A stretch of DNA of 64,000 bases from Candidatus Acidiferrum sp. (GTDB lineage Bacteria > Acidobacteriota > Terriglobia > Acidiferrales > UBA7541). The stretch lies in NCBI GenBank assembly GCA_036522305.1, contig DATDGB010000007.1:18342-82341 (forward strand), written 5' to 3'. The translations under genes and the position numbers were made by a program. Shown here piece after piece: positions 10,425 to 18,991 of this stretch; position 1 is the first letter of the stretch, and every line of letters starts with the position of its first letter. The notes beneath the pieces are model-generated. The model was not told the origin of the DNA, did not search any database, and saw nothing but the letters and a program-made list of their open reading frames with translations.

Positions 10425-11093
10425 CTATTTTGTTCGGCGCGCGAGAAGCAAGAACTCTTCGCTTTGCGCGGAAGAATCAAGAAAAAGTTCGGCGCAGTTA
10501 TCGACGATCCAGTCCGCGCCAGCGTCCAGGAGTTCTGCTTCAGGCGCCGTGGTGCGCAACGCGAGAATGCGTGCTCCCGCGGCTTTGCCGGCGCGAATGC
10601 CGGCGGGCGCATCCTCTAAGACGATGCATGCGCTCGCCGGTACGCCGAGAAACTGCGCGCCTTTCAGGTAAGGTTCGGGATCCGGCTTGCCATTTTTAAC
10701 ATCCGTGGCGGTAACCAAATGTTTGGGCTTGGGCAACCCCGCGGCGGCGATGCGCACGTGGGCCAACGCGCGCGTGCAAGAAGTCACGATGGCCCAGCGC
10801 TCCAGCGGGAGCGCCTGCAGCAACTCCATCGCACCGGGCAAGGGGATGACTCCATCGGTGTCGGCGATCTCACGGCGCTCGACTTCGCGGTCTTGCGCGG
10901 CGTGATCGGCGTTGGGGAGCAGCTCGCGGATGGTGGTGATGCTGGGCCGCCCGTGCGCCTTTTTTACGACTTCATCGGGGTCGAAACCGTGTTCGTGCGC
11001 CCAGCCAGCCCAGACTCGGGCGACGGCGGGCGTGGAATCCACCAAAACACCATCCAGATCGAAGAGTACGCCACGACAACGGATGCTAGTCAT
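10425..11093 (-). CDS. HAD-family phosphatase (sugar-phosphatase-like)
   Basis: FDLDGVLVDS, IVTS, GKPDPEPY, EDAPAG; start MTSIRC. Confidence 0.88.
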   Translation of the reverse strand: MTSIRCRGVLFDLDGVLVDSTPAVARVWAGWAHEHGFDPDEVVKKAHGRPSITTIRELLPNADHAAQDREVERREIADTDGVIPLPGAMELLQALPLERWAIVTSCTRALAHVRIAAAGLPKPKHLVTATDVKNGKPDPEPYLKGAQFLGVPASACIVLEDAPAGIRAGKAAGARILALRTTAPEAELLDAGADWIVDNCAELFLDSSAQSEEFLLLARRTK

Positions 11094-11228
11094 GCATTTA
11101 TGATAGGCAGAAACCGTCGAAATACGAAATGTGCGGTGTGGCCTGAGGTTCTCTTCGCGTGCGGCTTGGTTGCAAGATCTGGGTGCGGCCAACGGCGCTA
11201 GACAAACAAGGAAAGGAAAACGCGATCA

Positions 11229-11245
11229 ACTTGACTTAGTCTAGT
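11229..11245. promoter_or_regulatory. Imperfect palindrome, putative TA operator
   Basis: ACTTGACTTAGTCTAGT ends 8 nt before the antitoxin ATG. Confidence 0.45.
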
Positions 11246-11253
11246 ATGGTGGC

Positions 11254-11525
11254 ATGAAAGCGGTGAATACATACGAGGCGAAAACGCAGTTCTCGCGGCT
11301 GCTGCGCCGCGTGGCCACAGGCGAGGAAATTACCATCGCCAACCGCGGAGTTCCGGTGGCTCGATTGGTCCCAGTCCCCCCGAGAAAGAGAAGCGTTTTC
11401 TGGGAATGTTTCGCGGGCAGTTCAGCGTCCCGGAAGATTTTGACGCCCCGCTGCCCGACGACCTCCTTGATCTATTCGAAGGGAAAAAACCCAGGCGCTC
11501 CAAGAGAGCGAAGAAGCAATCATGA
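11254..11525 (+). CDS. Phd/YefM antitoxin, frameshifted at C6 run 11376-11381
   Basis: N-terminus YEAKTQFSRLL..GEEITI..GVPVARL; the -1 frame gives KRFLGMFRGQFSVPEDFDAPLPDD and ends in ATGA overlap with vapC. Confidence 0.8.
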
Positions 11526-11917
11526 AGTTTCTGCTCGATACGAGCGTGTTTCTCTGGGGCCTTTCCGAAGAACATAGACTTAACCGGAAGGCGCACGAGA
11601 TTCTGGCGTCCTCTTCGTCGGAGTTGTATTTCTCGGCGGCAGGCACATGGGAAATCGCTATTAAATACGCCCTTGGCGCGCTGCCTCTTCCGAAGACTCC
11701 TGAGGAATTCGTTTTTCACGCGTTACGTTCAGGGCCCATCCAGGCGCTCAATATCACCCATGAACACGCCCGGCACGCCGGCGAACTGCCTACGCATCAC
11801 AGGGATCCGTTTGACCGCATGATCATTGCGCAAGCGCTCTCCGAGAAGATGACGCTGCTCTCGGCAGATCGTACATTTCAAAAGTACAAAGTGGATTGGA
11901 TTTATTGCGGGAAATAA
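11522..11917 (+). CDS. vapC: PIN-domain toxin (VapC family)
   Basis: LLDTSVFLW, WEIAIK, HRDPFDRMIIAQA, LLSAD. Confidence 0.9.
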   Translation: MKFLLDTSVFLWGLSEEHRLNRKAHEILASSSSELYFSAAGTWEIAIKYALGALPLPKTPEEFVFHALRSGPIQALNITHEHARHAGELPTHHRDPFDRMIIAQALSEKMTLLSADRTFQKYKVDWIYCGK

Positions 11918-11921
11918 AATT

Positions 11922-11998
11922 TGGGGTGGGAGACGGGGCTTGAACCCGCGACATTCGGTGCCACAGACCGACGCTCTACCAGCTGAGCTACTCCCACC
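11922..11998 (-). tRNA. tRNA-His (GTG), with encoded G-1 and CCA
   Basis: Acceptor stem GTGGGAG/CTCCCAC, anticodon arm TCGGT-CTGTGGC-ACCGA, T-loop GGTTCAAG, C discriminator then CCA. Confidence 0.97.
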
Positions 11999-12008
11999 AC
12001 TCGAATCA

Positions 12009-12037
12009 AGTTTACCACGCCGGCTGTGCACTGTGAA
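12009..12037 (-). promoter_or_regulatory. sigma70-type promoter of tRNA-His
   Basis: TTCACA-17 nt-TAAACT with extended TG. Confidence 0.6.
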
Positions 12038-12144
12038 AGGTGAGGAATAGCGCTCTTCTGCATTAGGAATGACATAGTTTGGTGCGGGAGGGCCGACCTG
12101 CGAGTAGGCCAGCAGTTCATTTGCGTATCAACTCGCCTGCTCAT

Positions 12145-12378
12145 TCATGGCAAAGGCTGTGCCTCCGCCGGGGAATAGGGCTTGAGTTCTCTAGCCTCCC
12201 GGTCCATCTCGTCGGGCCTCACCAGCCAGATTTGGCGATCCTTGAAGTAGTCAAAGAGTTTTTTATTTTGCAGCCCATTCATATCCCGTGCCCACACTAT
12301 TTTCGCGGAGTCGATTTCGGCCCCGTTGTAGACCCACTCGTTGTGAATCTGGACGCGATGCTTCACCGCCCGTTGCAA
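12145..12378 (-). pseudogene. C-terminal fragment of a paralog of the 5462-7168 membrane protein
   Basis: HNEWVYNGAEIDSAKIVWARD..YFKDRQIW matches HDEWVYNGADIDTAKVLWARD..YFKDRHIW; TM region absent. Confidence 0.8.
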
Positions 12379-12448
12379 GCTGGAAAACTCCGCCTCAACC
12401 CAGCTCTCGACAACTCTCCCGCCTTGCTAGACTAACTGAACAGGACAC

Positions 12449-14131
12449 GTGTCCCCGCGCATGAGCCCCCATCAAACGGACCGTCACCATTTCGACCGCC
12501 AAATCGTTTATGCGCGACCGGTCTTTATTTTGCTGGCGCTGCTGGCGGTGCTGGAGCAGCCGCCCTCGCGCGAGTTGCCCCGTTCCGTTTCATTCCTGAT
12601 TGCTTACCTCATCGTTGCGCTTGTGGTGACTCAGTTGGAGCGGCTGCTGCGCAAACGCTCTTGGCATTTGCCGCTGGTATGCGATCTGCTCGCCCTTGGA
12701 TATTTCATCTTCATTAGCCCTTCGACGGTCCCGGTGTGGTTCCCATTCATGTTTATTTGTTACGCCGGAGGCATTCGGTGGGGACTCGGTTTAACCGTTC
12801 CTCTTGCCGGCGCTCTTTCTCTCATTCTGGTTTTGCGAACCGCAGGGCGTGGCGAAGTCGATTGGATGCGCTGGGTCGCCTGGCTCGGGCTTCTAACCGG
12901 AACCTTTGCTGGCGGGGCGGGCTTGGCGTATCTCGGCGACCTCAACCGCCGATTTGTGGCCCAGATCGATTTCTTTTCGCGCATCAACGCAACGATGCAA
13001 GTAGACCAAGGGTTGGCGGAGTCGCTTCGCCTCTTTCTCGACGAACTGGCCACGACGTTCGGTGCGCAAGAAGCTCTATTGCTCTTCCGCGATACCGATC
13101 TCGAACGCATTTTTCTTTGGCGCCTGAAGGCCGGTGAAAGCGAGCGGTTGGTGCCAGAAAGCATGCCCCTGGCGCGCACCGATGGTTTCTTGCTGGACGA
13201 TATGGACGCCGCGCTCTGCTGGAACTCACTTACTGGACCCGGTTCTGGTTTTGGGTGGGATCGTAGGGACGGCCGTGTCATCACCAATCTGCCCCGCCTG
13301 CCCGGCCCGGCCGTGCAAGAGTTTAAGGTCCAGTCTTTCCTGACGGTGGCCTTCGACCAGGCAGGCCAGGCGAGCGGCCGGATTTTTCTCCTGAATGGCC
13401 TTAAACCATTCCAAAAACAGGACTTAGCCTGGCTCGAAAGCATCGCCGGGCACATCTCTCCGACCCTCGAGAACATCTTTCTTTTGAGGCACTTACGCGC
13501 CCGCGCCATCGAAGCCGAGCGGAGCCGCATCGCCCGCGACCTCCACGATGGCATTCTCCAGACCCTCTTGAGCATCGAGATTCAGCTCGACGTCCTGCGG
13601 CGCCGGGTCTCCGCCTCGCCGGAACAGGCCGTCAGCGGCCTCGCCAGCCTCCAACAAACGGTCAAAAACGAGGGTGCCGAGCTCCGCCAGACGGTCACCG
13701 ACCTCCGCCCGCTGCGTGTCCAGAGCGCCGACTTGGTCGATTTAATGCGCGGATTCGCCGAGCGTTACCGCAACGAATCCACCGTAGCCCTGGATTTGCT
13801 CATCGATTCGGCCCAATTGCGCGCTCCCGACCGCGTCTGTCGCGAGATTTTCCAGATTTACCGTGAAGCACTCAACAACATAAAAAAGCATGCCAAGGCT
13901 TCCCATGTCGTGGTAAAACTGTCGCAGGATGACAGCCGTCTAGTACTCGTAGTAGACGACAACGGTGAGGGGTTTAGCTTCGCCGGCCGTTTTACCGGCG
14001 ACGAGTTGGATCGGTTGCGGCTGGGTCCCATTTCCATTAAGGAGCGCGCGCGTACCGTGGGTGGGGTTTTGACTGTTGAGTCAAACCCGGGTCATGGAGC
14101 GCGTTTAACGATCGAAGTTCCGCTGGGTTAA
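12449..14131 (+). CDS. Membrane sensor histidine kinase (HisKA_3 type)
   Basis: TM helices, ERSRIARDLHDG H-box, EALNNIKKHA N-box, DDNGEGF. Confidence 0.9.
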   Translation: MSPRMSPHQTDRHHFDRQIVYARPVFILLALLAVLEQPPSRELPRSVSFLIAYLIVALVVTQLERLLRKRSWHLPLVCDLLALGYFIFISPSTVPVWFPFMFICYAGGIRWGLGLTVPLAGALSLILVLRTAGRGEVDWMRWVAWLGLLTGTFAGGAGLAYLGDLNRRFVAQIDFFSRINATMQVDQGLAESLRLFLDELATTFGAQEALLLFRDTDLERIFLWRLKAGESERLVPESMPLARTDGFLLDDMDAALCWNSLTGPGSGFGWDRRDGRVITNLPRLPGPAVQEFKVQSFLTVAFDQAGQASGRIFLLNGLKPFQKQDLAWLESIAGHISPTLENIFLLRHLRARAIEAERSRIARDLHDGILQTLLSIEIQLDVLRRRVSASPEQAVSGLASLQQTVKNEGAELRQTVTDLRPLRVQSADLVDLMRGFAERYRNESTVALDLLIDSAQLRAPDRVCREIFQIYREALNNIKKHAKASHVVVKLSQDDSRLVLVVDDNGEGFSFAGRFTGDELDRLRLGPISIKERARTVGGVLTVESNPGHGARLTIEVPLG

Positions 14132-14190
14132 GGGTTTGTACTTGCAAACCTTTATATAAAAAAGTTTAAGGGTTTGTGAGTAGAAACCCT
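14131..14190. promoter_or_regulatory. Two tandem inverted-repeat operators AGGGTTT-N8-AAACCYT
   Basis: Copies at 14131-14152 and 14169-14190 in the AT-rich gap before the regulator. Confidence 0.6.
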
Positions 14191-14200
14191 GACATAAATT

Positions 14201-14869
14201 ATGGCTAAGTCAACGAAACCGCAGATACGGGTACTACTAGCCGATGACCACGCGATCTTTCGCGATGGCCTTCGCAAGCTGCTCGATTCCGACGAAGACA
14301 TCACCATCGTCGGCGAAGCCCAGAACGGCGCCGAGTGCATCAAGCTCCTCGCCAAGCTCAAGCCCGATATACTTCTCCTCGACCTCCGCATGCCGGATAA
14401 AGACGGCTTGGCAGTCTTAGAAGAAGTTAATTTCGATACCTTACCGACGCGCGTGGTTGTTCTGACCGCCGCGGAGGACGATCGCGACGTGGTTCGCGCC
14501 ATGCGCCTCGGCGCCCGCGGCGTTGTTCTGAAGCAGTCCGCCACCGATCTCCTCGTGAAAAGTATTCATCGTGTGCACGCCGGTGAAATCTGGCTCGACA
14601 ATCGCATGACCGCCGAAGTCATGAAAGCCTTCTCGAAGTCCAGCGAATCCGGCCCGCGCCGCGAAAAGCCGCTGCTCAGCGACCGCGAAAAAGAAATCGT
14701 CCAGCTCGTCGCCCAAGGTTTCCGCAACAAGGAAATCGGCGAAAAACTTTTCATCTCCGAGCAAACCGTCAAGAACCACTTGCACAACATTTTCGACAAG
14801 CTCGGCGTCTCCGACCGCCTCGAACTCGCTCTTTACGCGATTCACCACAGACTCATCGATCAGTCGTAG
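14201..14869 (+). CDS. NarL/LuxR family response regulator
   Basis: ADDHAIFR, LLDLRMP, LSDREKEI..SEQTVKNHLHNIFDKL. Confidence 0.95.
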   Translation: MAKSTKPQIRVLLADDHAIFRDGLRKLLDSDEDITIVGEAQNGAECIKLLAKLKPDILLLDLRMPDKDGLAVLEEVNFDTLPTRVVVLTAAEDDRDVVRAMRLGARGVVLKQSATDLLVKSIHRVHAGEIWLDNRMTAEVMKAFSKSSESGPRREKPLLSDREKEIVQLVAQGFRNKEIGEKLFISEQTVKNHLHNIFDKLGVSDRLELALYAIHHRLIDQS

Positions 14870-14998
14870 TTCATCCGTTCGCGTACCCGCAGCGCGATTG
14901 CGCGACCTTCCTAGAGCATCACGAAGGCAGCTGATCGGAGGATCGTGGCCCTCATTCTTCAATCTGTCTTGGAACGTCGGAGTTCAACCCGGGGAGTC

Positions 14999-15300
14999 CT
15001 AAAGCAATGGTTTGTCTCCAGATTTGAATAAGCCAGCTTTAAATGTTAATCCGACACAGAAATATCCATTCGTCAGGGGCTCACAGTAGACCACGTTCGC
15101 TTGCAAGCGAATGTCGTTTGTCGTCGAAGCCAGCCAGGGCCTCTCGTCAGTCCGCCAGTTCCCCCGGGTTACCACGCGAGCGCCGTGAGGGCTGACGTTG
15201 ACGGTGATCGCCCGTTCGGCAAAGAGCAGTTCCTCCGCCGTGACAAGATAAACTGAAACGCCGTGGGGACGCGCTTCTCGATTCTTCCATCCAAAGTCAT
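14999..15300 (-). CDS. PilZ-domain protein, frameshifted near 15260
   Basis: MTLDGRIEKRVPT then, in shifted frame, VSVYLV..TVNVSPHGARV..ANVVYCEP..CVGLTF; 302 nt, one short of a whole number of codons. Confidence 0.7.
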
Positions 15301-15322
15301 GGGAACTGAACTTCTTCCCCAG

Positions 15323-16168
15323 CTATCTTTCTCGAGAGCTCGTGCTGGAATCTGCCGTTCCGGTAGTTCCGGTAATGGGTTTCCGGTGGTTCCGTTTTTG
15401 CTCATACATGGCCTCGTCTGCTTTTGCCATCAGTTCACCGAGCGAGATGGCATGCTTCGGATCAAACCGCGCCACACCAACACTAAGCGCAAGCTCGTAA
15501 CGAGATTCGCTTGCTTTCGCCTTCTTGAGACGTTTTTCCAATCGGCGCAGAAGGATTTCCTGGGTTTGGGTTGACGTTTCCGATGCCAATACCACAAATT
15601 CATCTCCACCGAGGCGAGCCAGAATATCGGAATCACGGAATGCCAGTTCCATGGCGTCCGCGGTGCGAATCAGTGCCAGATCTCCCTCTTGATGTCCATG
15701 GGAGTCGTTGATCTTCTTCAGGTTGTCGACATCACAATACAACAACAACAGGCTCTGCCCCTGCCTGCTCGCCAGTTTGAGCCGCTGCACTGCGGCGGCA
15801 AAAAATCCGCGCCGGTTATAGAGGCAAGTTAATTCATCGGTGAGAGCCAGACGGCGGAGCTCTCTGTCCAAAAGAGCCTGCTTGACGGCGCACCAGACCG
15901 CCGGATGCGCTGCAGCCCTGAGGGTCTGCGCGTCTGGGGAGTCTAACTTCAACGTCTTAGAAATTTCGTCCACTTCATGCAAAATCTGACCAAGCTCATT
16001 GTCCGCGGTTCGCAATGCAGTGGACAGAATCTCCTCAAGGCCTTCCTCGGCAGGGCCATTCCTTCGAACCATGGCGAGAACCTTGCGATTGGATGCTTGC
16101 TTCGGCGAACCAGCCCTGGGACGAGCATCCTGCAATTGGCAATCGGCCTGAATTTCATGTATCGGCAT
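15323..16168 (-). CDS. GGDEF diguanylate cyclase
   Basis: TDELTCLYNRR, KKINDSHGHQEGD, RDSD I-site, ARLGGDEF; AGGAGGGG RBS before 16168. Confidence 0.88.
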   Translation of the reverse strand: MPIHEIQADCQLQDARPRAGSPKQASNRKVLAMVRRNGPAEEGLEEILSTALRTADNELGQILHEVDEISKTLKLDSPDAQTLRAAAHPAVWCAVKQALLDRELRRLALTDELTCLYNRRGFFAAAVQRLKLASRQGQSLLLLYCDVDNLKKINDSHGHQEGDLALIRTADAMELAFRDSDILARLGGDEFVVLASETSTQTQEILLRRLEKRLKKAKASESRYELALSVGVARFDPKHAISLGELMAKADEAMYEQKRNHRKPITGTTGTADSSTSSRER

Positions 16169-16365
16169 CACCCCTCCTGCCAGCAAGCGCGGAGAGTTGT
16201 CTCGCTGGAAAGCACATAATTCCACCGGGCTGAACAGGTAACAAGAGGGCGAGAGCTGTAGTGTGGGCTCAGGTGATTCCACTAGTACCTCTGCGCGATG
16301 GGACAATTCACAACCCGCTTCCGAAGACCTCGGTCCACTCGTCCTGACAATCATTTGGCCCGCAG

Positions 16366-16383
16366 CTCAGGTATTTACCTGAG
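16366..16383. promoter_or_regulatory. Palindrome CTCAGGTA-tt-TACCTGAG, putative regulator site
   Basis: 8-bp arms; partial copy at 16268-16285; lies between divergent genes. Confidence 0.45.
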
Positions 16384-16454
16384 GCCGATCGCAGGAGTTC
16401 ACTTGCTTGAGAGGGCCGGCTGGTGGATCATCCTTGGCGCACTAGCTCCGCTCG

Positions 16455-16498
16455 GGGTGGCCTACCTTTTCGGGTTTGCTCTTTGAAAAGGTGGGCCC
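16455..16498 (+). repeat. REP-like hairpin, GGGTGGCC family
   Basis: Closely matches the reverse complement of 31216-31259. Confidence 0.7.
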
Positions 16499-16678
16499 GC
16501 TCTTCCTCTTGGGGGCGTTGTTGTCTAATACTCTTGGCTTTCTTCCATGATTTTGCCGGGGGCAGCAGTTCCGCGCTGCCCCTAATATCGTTTACGGTAA
16601 CTTCGCACGACTGCCTCACTCTGCACGTGCCGCCATGCGATAAAATAATACTGAGAGTGACTAAGGAGAATCCCCTCC

Positions 16679-17413
16679 GTGCGCCGCGCCCTTTTTGCCT
16701 TCGTACTCGCACTCCTGACAGCGGGACTGTCCGCCTGGGCGCAGTCGACCGATCCCGCGAGTACCCCGCCACCGCCGCAGGCTCCTGCGCCTTGCACCGC
16801 AAACTGCCGCCAAACGCCAGTCAAACCCGCAACCTCGACTCTCGATTCACCCTCCAAGCCGTCCGCGAAGCCCCACAAAGTTTTCACCAACGACGATATC
16901 GACGCCCGCCCTCACGACGTTACGATCCAGGGCGGTCGCGACATCCTGCAGCAACTCAATACCTGCGACCGCACCTGCTTCGATCAAGTGGCGCAACGCG
17001 GCGGAGTAAGCGGCGGCTACACCGCTCGATGGAAACTCGCTCTTCTCGACGCCATTGAAACCGTAAAGCGCGACGCTGACTGGCAGAGAAATCTTGGCGA
17101 AATTCTTGGCGTCCAGGGACTGGCGTGCGAAACGCAAGTCCGGAAAACGGAAGACCTCAGGAAATATGCCGACTCCCGCAACATCACGCCAAGCGAACTG
17201 GCCGTCGAGCGCCAATACGAACCGAAGTTCCGCGAGATTCGCGCGCGCCTGAACGCCGCGCTGGACCGCGCCAACGCGCACATCACCAAAATCTCGCCCG
17301 GCACTGTCCAGGCTCAATACATGCACTTGCAGGTCGATAAACTGGTTAAAGCTACCTGCACGATCAATGTCCCCGCGCCTCCGGAAGACACGGATGATCC
17401 CGCTGACCCCTGA
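16679..17413 (+). CDS. Secreted hypothetical protein, paralog 1
   Basis: AAGGAG RBS, GTG start, signal peptide, Pro-rich linker, KVFTNDD, CDRTC. Confidence 0.75.
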   Translation: MRRALFAFVLALLTAGLSAWAQSTDPASTPPPPQAPAPCTANCRQTPVKPATSTLDSPSKPSAKPHKVFTNDDIDARPHDVTIQGGRDILQQLNTCDRTCFDQVAQRGGVSGGYTARWKLALLDAIETVKRDADWQRNLGEILGVQGLACETQVRKTEDLRKYADSRNITPSELAVERQYEPKFREIRARLNAALDRANAHITKISPGTVQAQYMHLQVDKLVKATCTINVPAPPEDTDDPADP

Positions 17414-17441
17414 TCTCTATCGCATCCGTTTTTTGCCGCGT

Positions 17442-18167
17442 ATGCCGTTTCCCCGCACGCAAAGCAACAGCTATTTTTGGTTTTTTATTTTGCTTTTTGT
17501 CGCTGGCTCGCTATCCTCTTTCGCCGCGCCACGGCAATCCTCTGAAAATCCCAGTGCCAAGCCTGCGCCTGTTCCAGCCACCCAGCAACCGCCAGCAGCT
17601 TCCCCCGCTTCTTCTCCCGCCGCGTCAACCGACTCGAAGCCTCCCCAGAAAGCCGTTCATCAAAAAAAGGTGATCACTGAAGATGACTTGGTGAAGCCGC
17701 CCAAACCAATTTCCCTGAGCGACCTCGATGGCGAAGAAAACAATCCGATGTGCGATCTCTCCTGCGAAGCGGAACTTCGCGCGCAAATGGGTTTCGGGCC
17801 CGAACGCGAAGCCGAATTTCGCAATCAATTGACACTTGCCCGGAACGAGATCGGCAGCGACCGCGTTTGGAATGATGCTTTACAATCCGCTCTTCGGGCG
17901 GCCGGCGATTATTGCGACATCCAATCCCAGAAGGCGAAGATCCTCGGCAAGGGCAACGCCGCGCCTTACACTCGCGACAATGTGAATTCTCGTTTCGCCG
18001 AGCGCGAACGCAAACTTGTTTTGCAATACCGGGAGTCGACGGGCCTCCTTACTCACCGCGTGGAAGCCATTCAGCGCTTCGCTCCATTCCGCGCCAGCGT
18101 TATGCAGCACCAAATGAGTGGAGCGGCTGCCCGAGTTTGCCCGGATTACCCTCTTCCATCCCAATGA
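17442..18167 (+). CDS. Secreted hypothetical protein, paralog 2
   Basis: Signal peptide, Pro/Ala linker, KVITEDD, CDLSC. Confidence 0.72.
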   Translation: MPFPRTQSNSYFWFFILLFVAGSLSSFAAPRQSSENPSAKPAPVPATQQPPAASPASSPAASTDSKPPQKAVHQKKVITEDDLVKPPKPISLSDLDGEENNPMCDLSCEAELRAQMGFGPEREAEFRNQLTLARNEIGSDRVWNDALQSALRAAGDYCDIQSQKAKILGKGNAAPYTRDNVNSRFAERERKLVLQYRESTGLLTHRVEAIQRFAPFRASVMQHQMSGAAARVCPDYPLPSQ

Positions 18168-18940
18168 TTGCCGCCTCAAACTCGCGCGCCGCCACCGTCC
18201 GCCCTGCGCGCCTTCTTGCTTCCTTTTTCCTTCTAGCGTTTCTTGGCACACCGCATGACGCCCTTGCGCACACTCCGCAATCCGCCGATGCTCCACCCAC
18301 CCAGCAACAGACTCAGGATCCCGCAAAAAGAGATCCCGCAGCAACCACACCCGTCGCGGCCGCTGCCGCAAAAGCGAGTGCCCCCAAGCCTCATCGCGTC
18401 TTCACCAATGACGATTTTTCCTCCAGCTCCACCATCCCCGTCGCTCCGGGAGCGCGCCGCCGCCTTAAGCAACTCAATCGTTGCGACCACACCTGCTTCA
18501 ACGAAGTGAAGAAGCAAGCCCTGAATTTTGGCTACCTCACCGTTTTTCCCCGCTCCACGCGCGAAGAGATGGACGACCGCCTCGCCAACGACATCGAGGA
18601 ACTTCAGAACGACCCCAAGTGGCAGCGCCTGCTCCTCGAAATGATTTCCTCGCACATCGATCACTGCCTGCTAAGGCAGAAGGGTCCGCCCGCGGACAAC
18701 AATCAGCCCCCCACGCGCGACGAACTCCAAGACGAGGAAGAGCGCATGAAGAATTACCGGCCGCCCCCCGGGAGCAATTACAACACAGCCGGTTCCGCGC
18801 TTATGTCTTACCGCTTCAATAGCCGGCCAGATCCGTTAAAAGCTTCCCTCATGGTCCATCAATATATGGATGAGGCCCATCGGGACTGCTCCGCCGTCCT
18901 GCCCACTCCGAATTCCCAAGATGACAGCGATGATCCATGA
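18164..18940 (+). CDS. Secreted hypothetical protein, paralog 3
   Basis: ATGA overlap with paralog 2, signal peptide, RVFTNDD, CDHTC. Confidence 0.72.
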   Translation: MIAASNSRAATVRPARLLASFFLLAFLGTPHDALAHTPQSADAPPTQQQTQDPAKRDPAATTPVAAAAAKASAPKPHRVFTNDDFSSSSTIPVAPGARRRLKQLNRCDHTCFNEVKKQALNFGYLTVFPRSTREEMDDRLANDIEELQNDPKWQRLLLEMISSHIDHCLLRQKGPPADNNQPPTRDELQDEEERMKNYRPPPGSNYNTAGSALMSYRFNSRPDPLKASLMVHQYMDEAHRDCSAVLPTPNSQDDSDDP

Positions 18941-18991
18941 TCTTCGCGTCGCTTCTGCACCCTCTCCAAAGAATCACGAAATGACTCACTC

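Noticed and set aside
11922-11998. tRNA-His as the att site of an island
   Set aside because: No duplicated tRNA 3' end and no integrase seen in the window
16170-16680. c-di-GMP riboswitch upstream of the GGDEF gene
   Set aside because: No class I or class II consensus visible by eye
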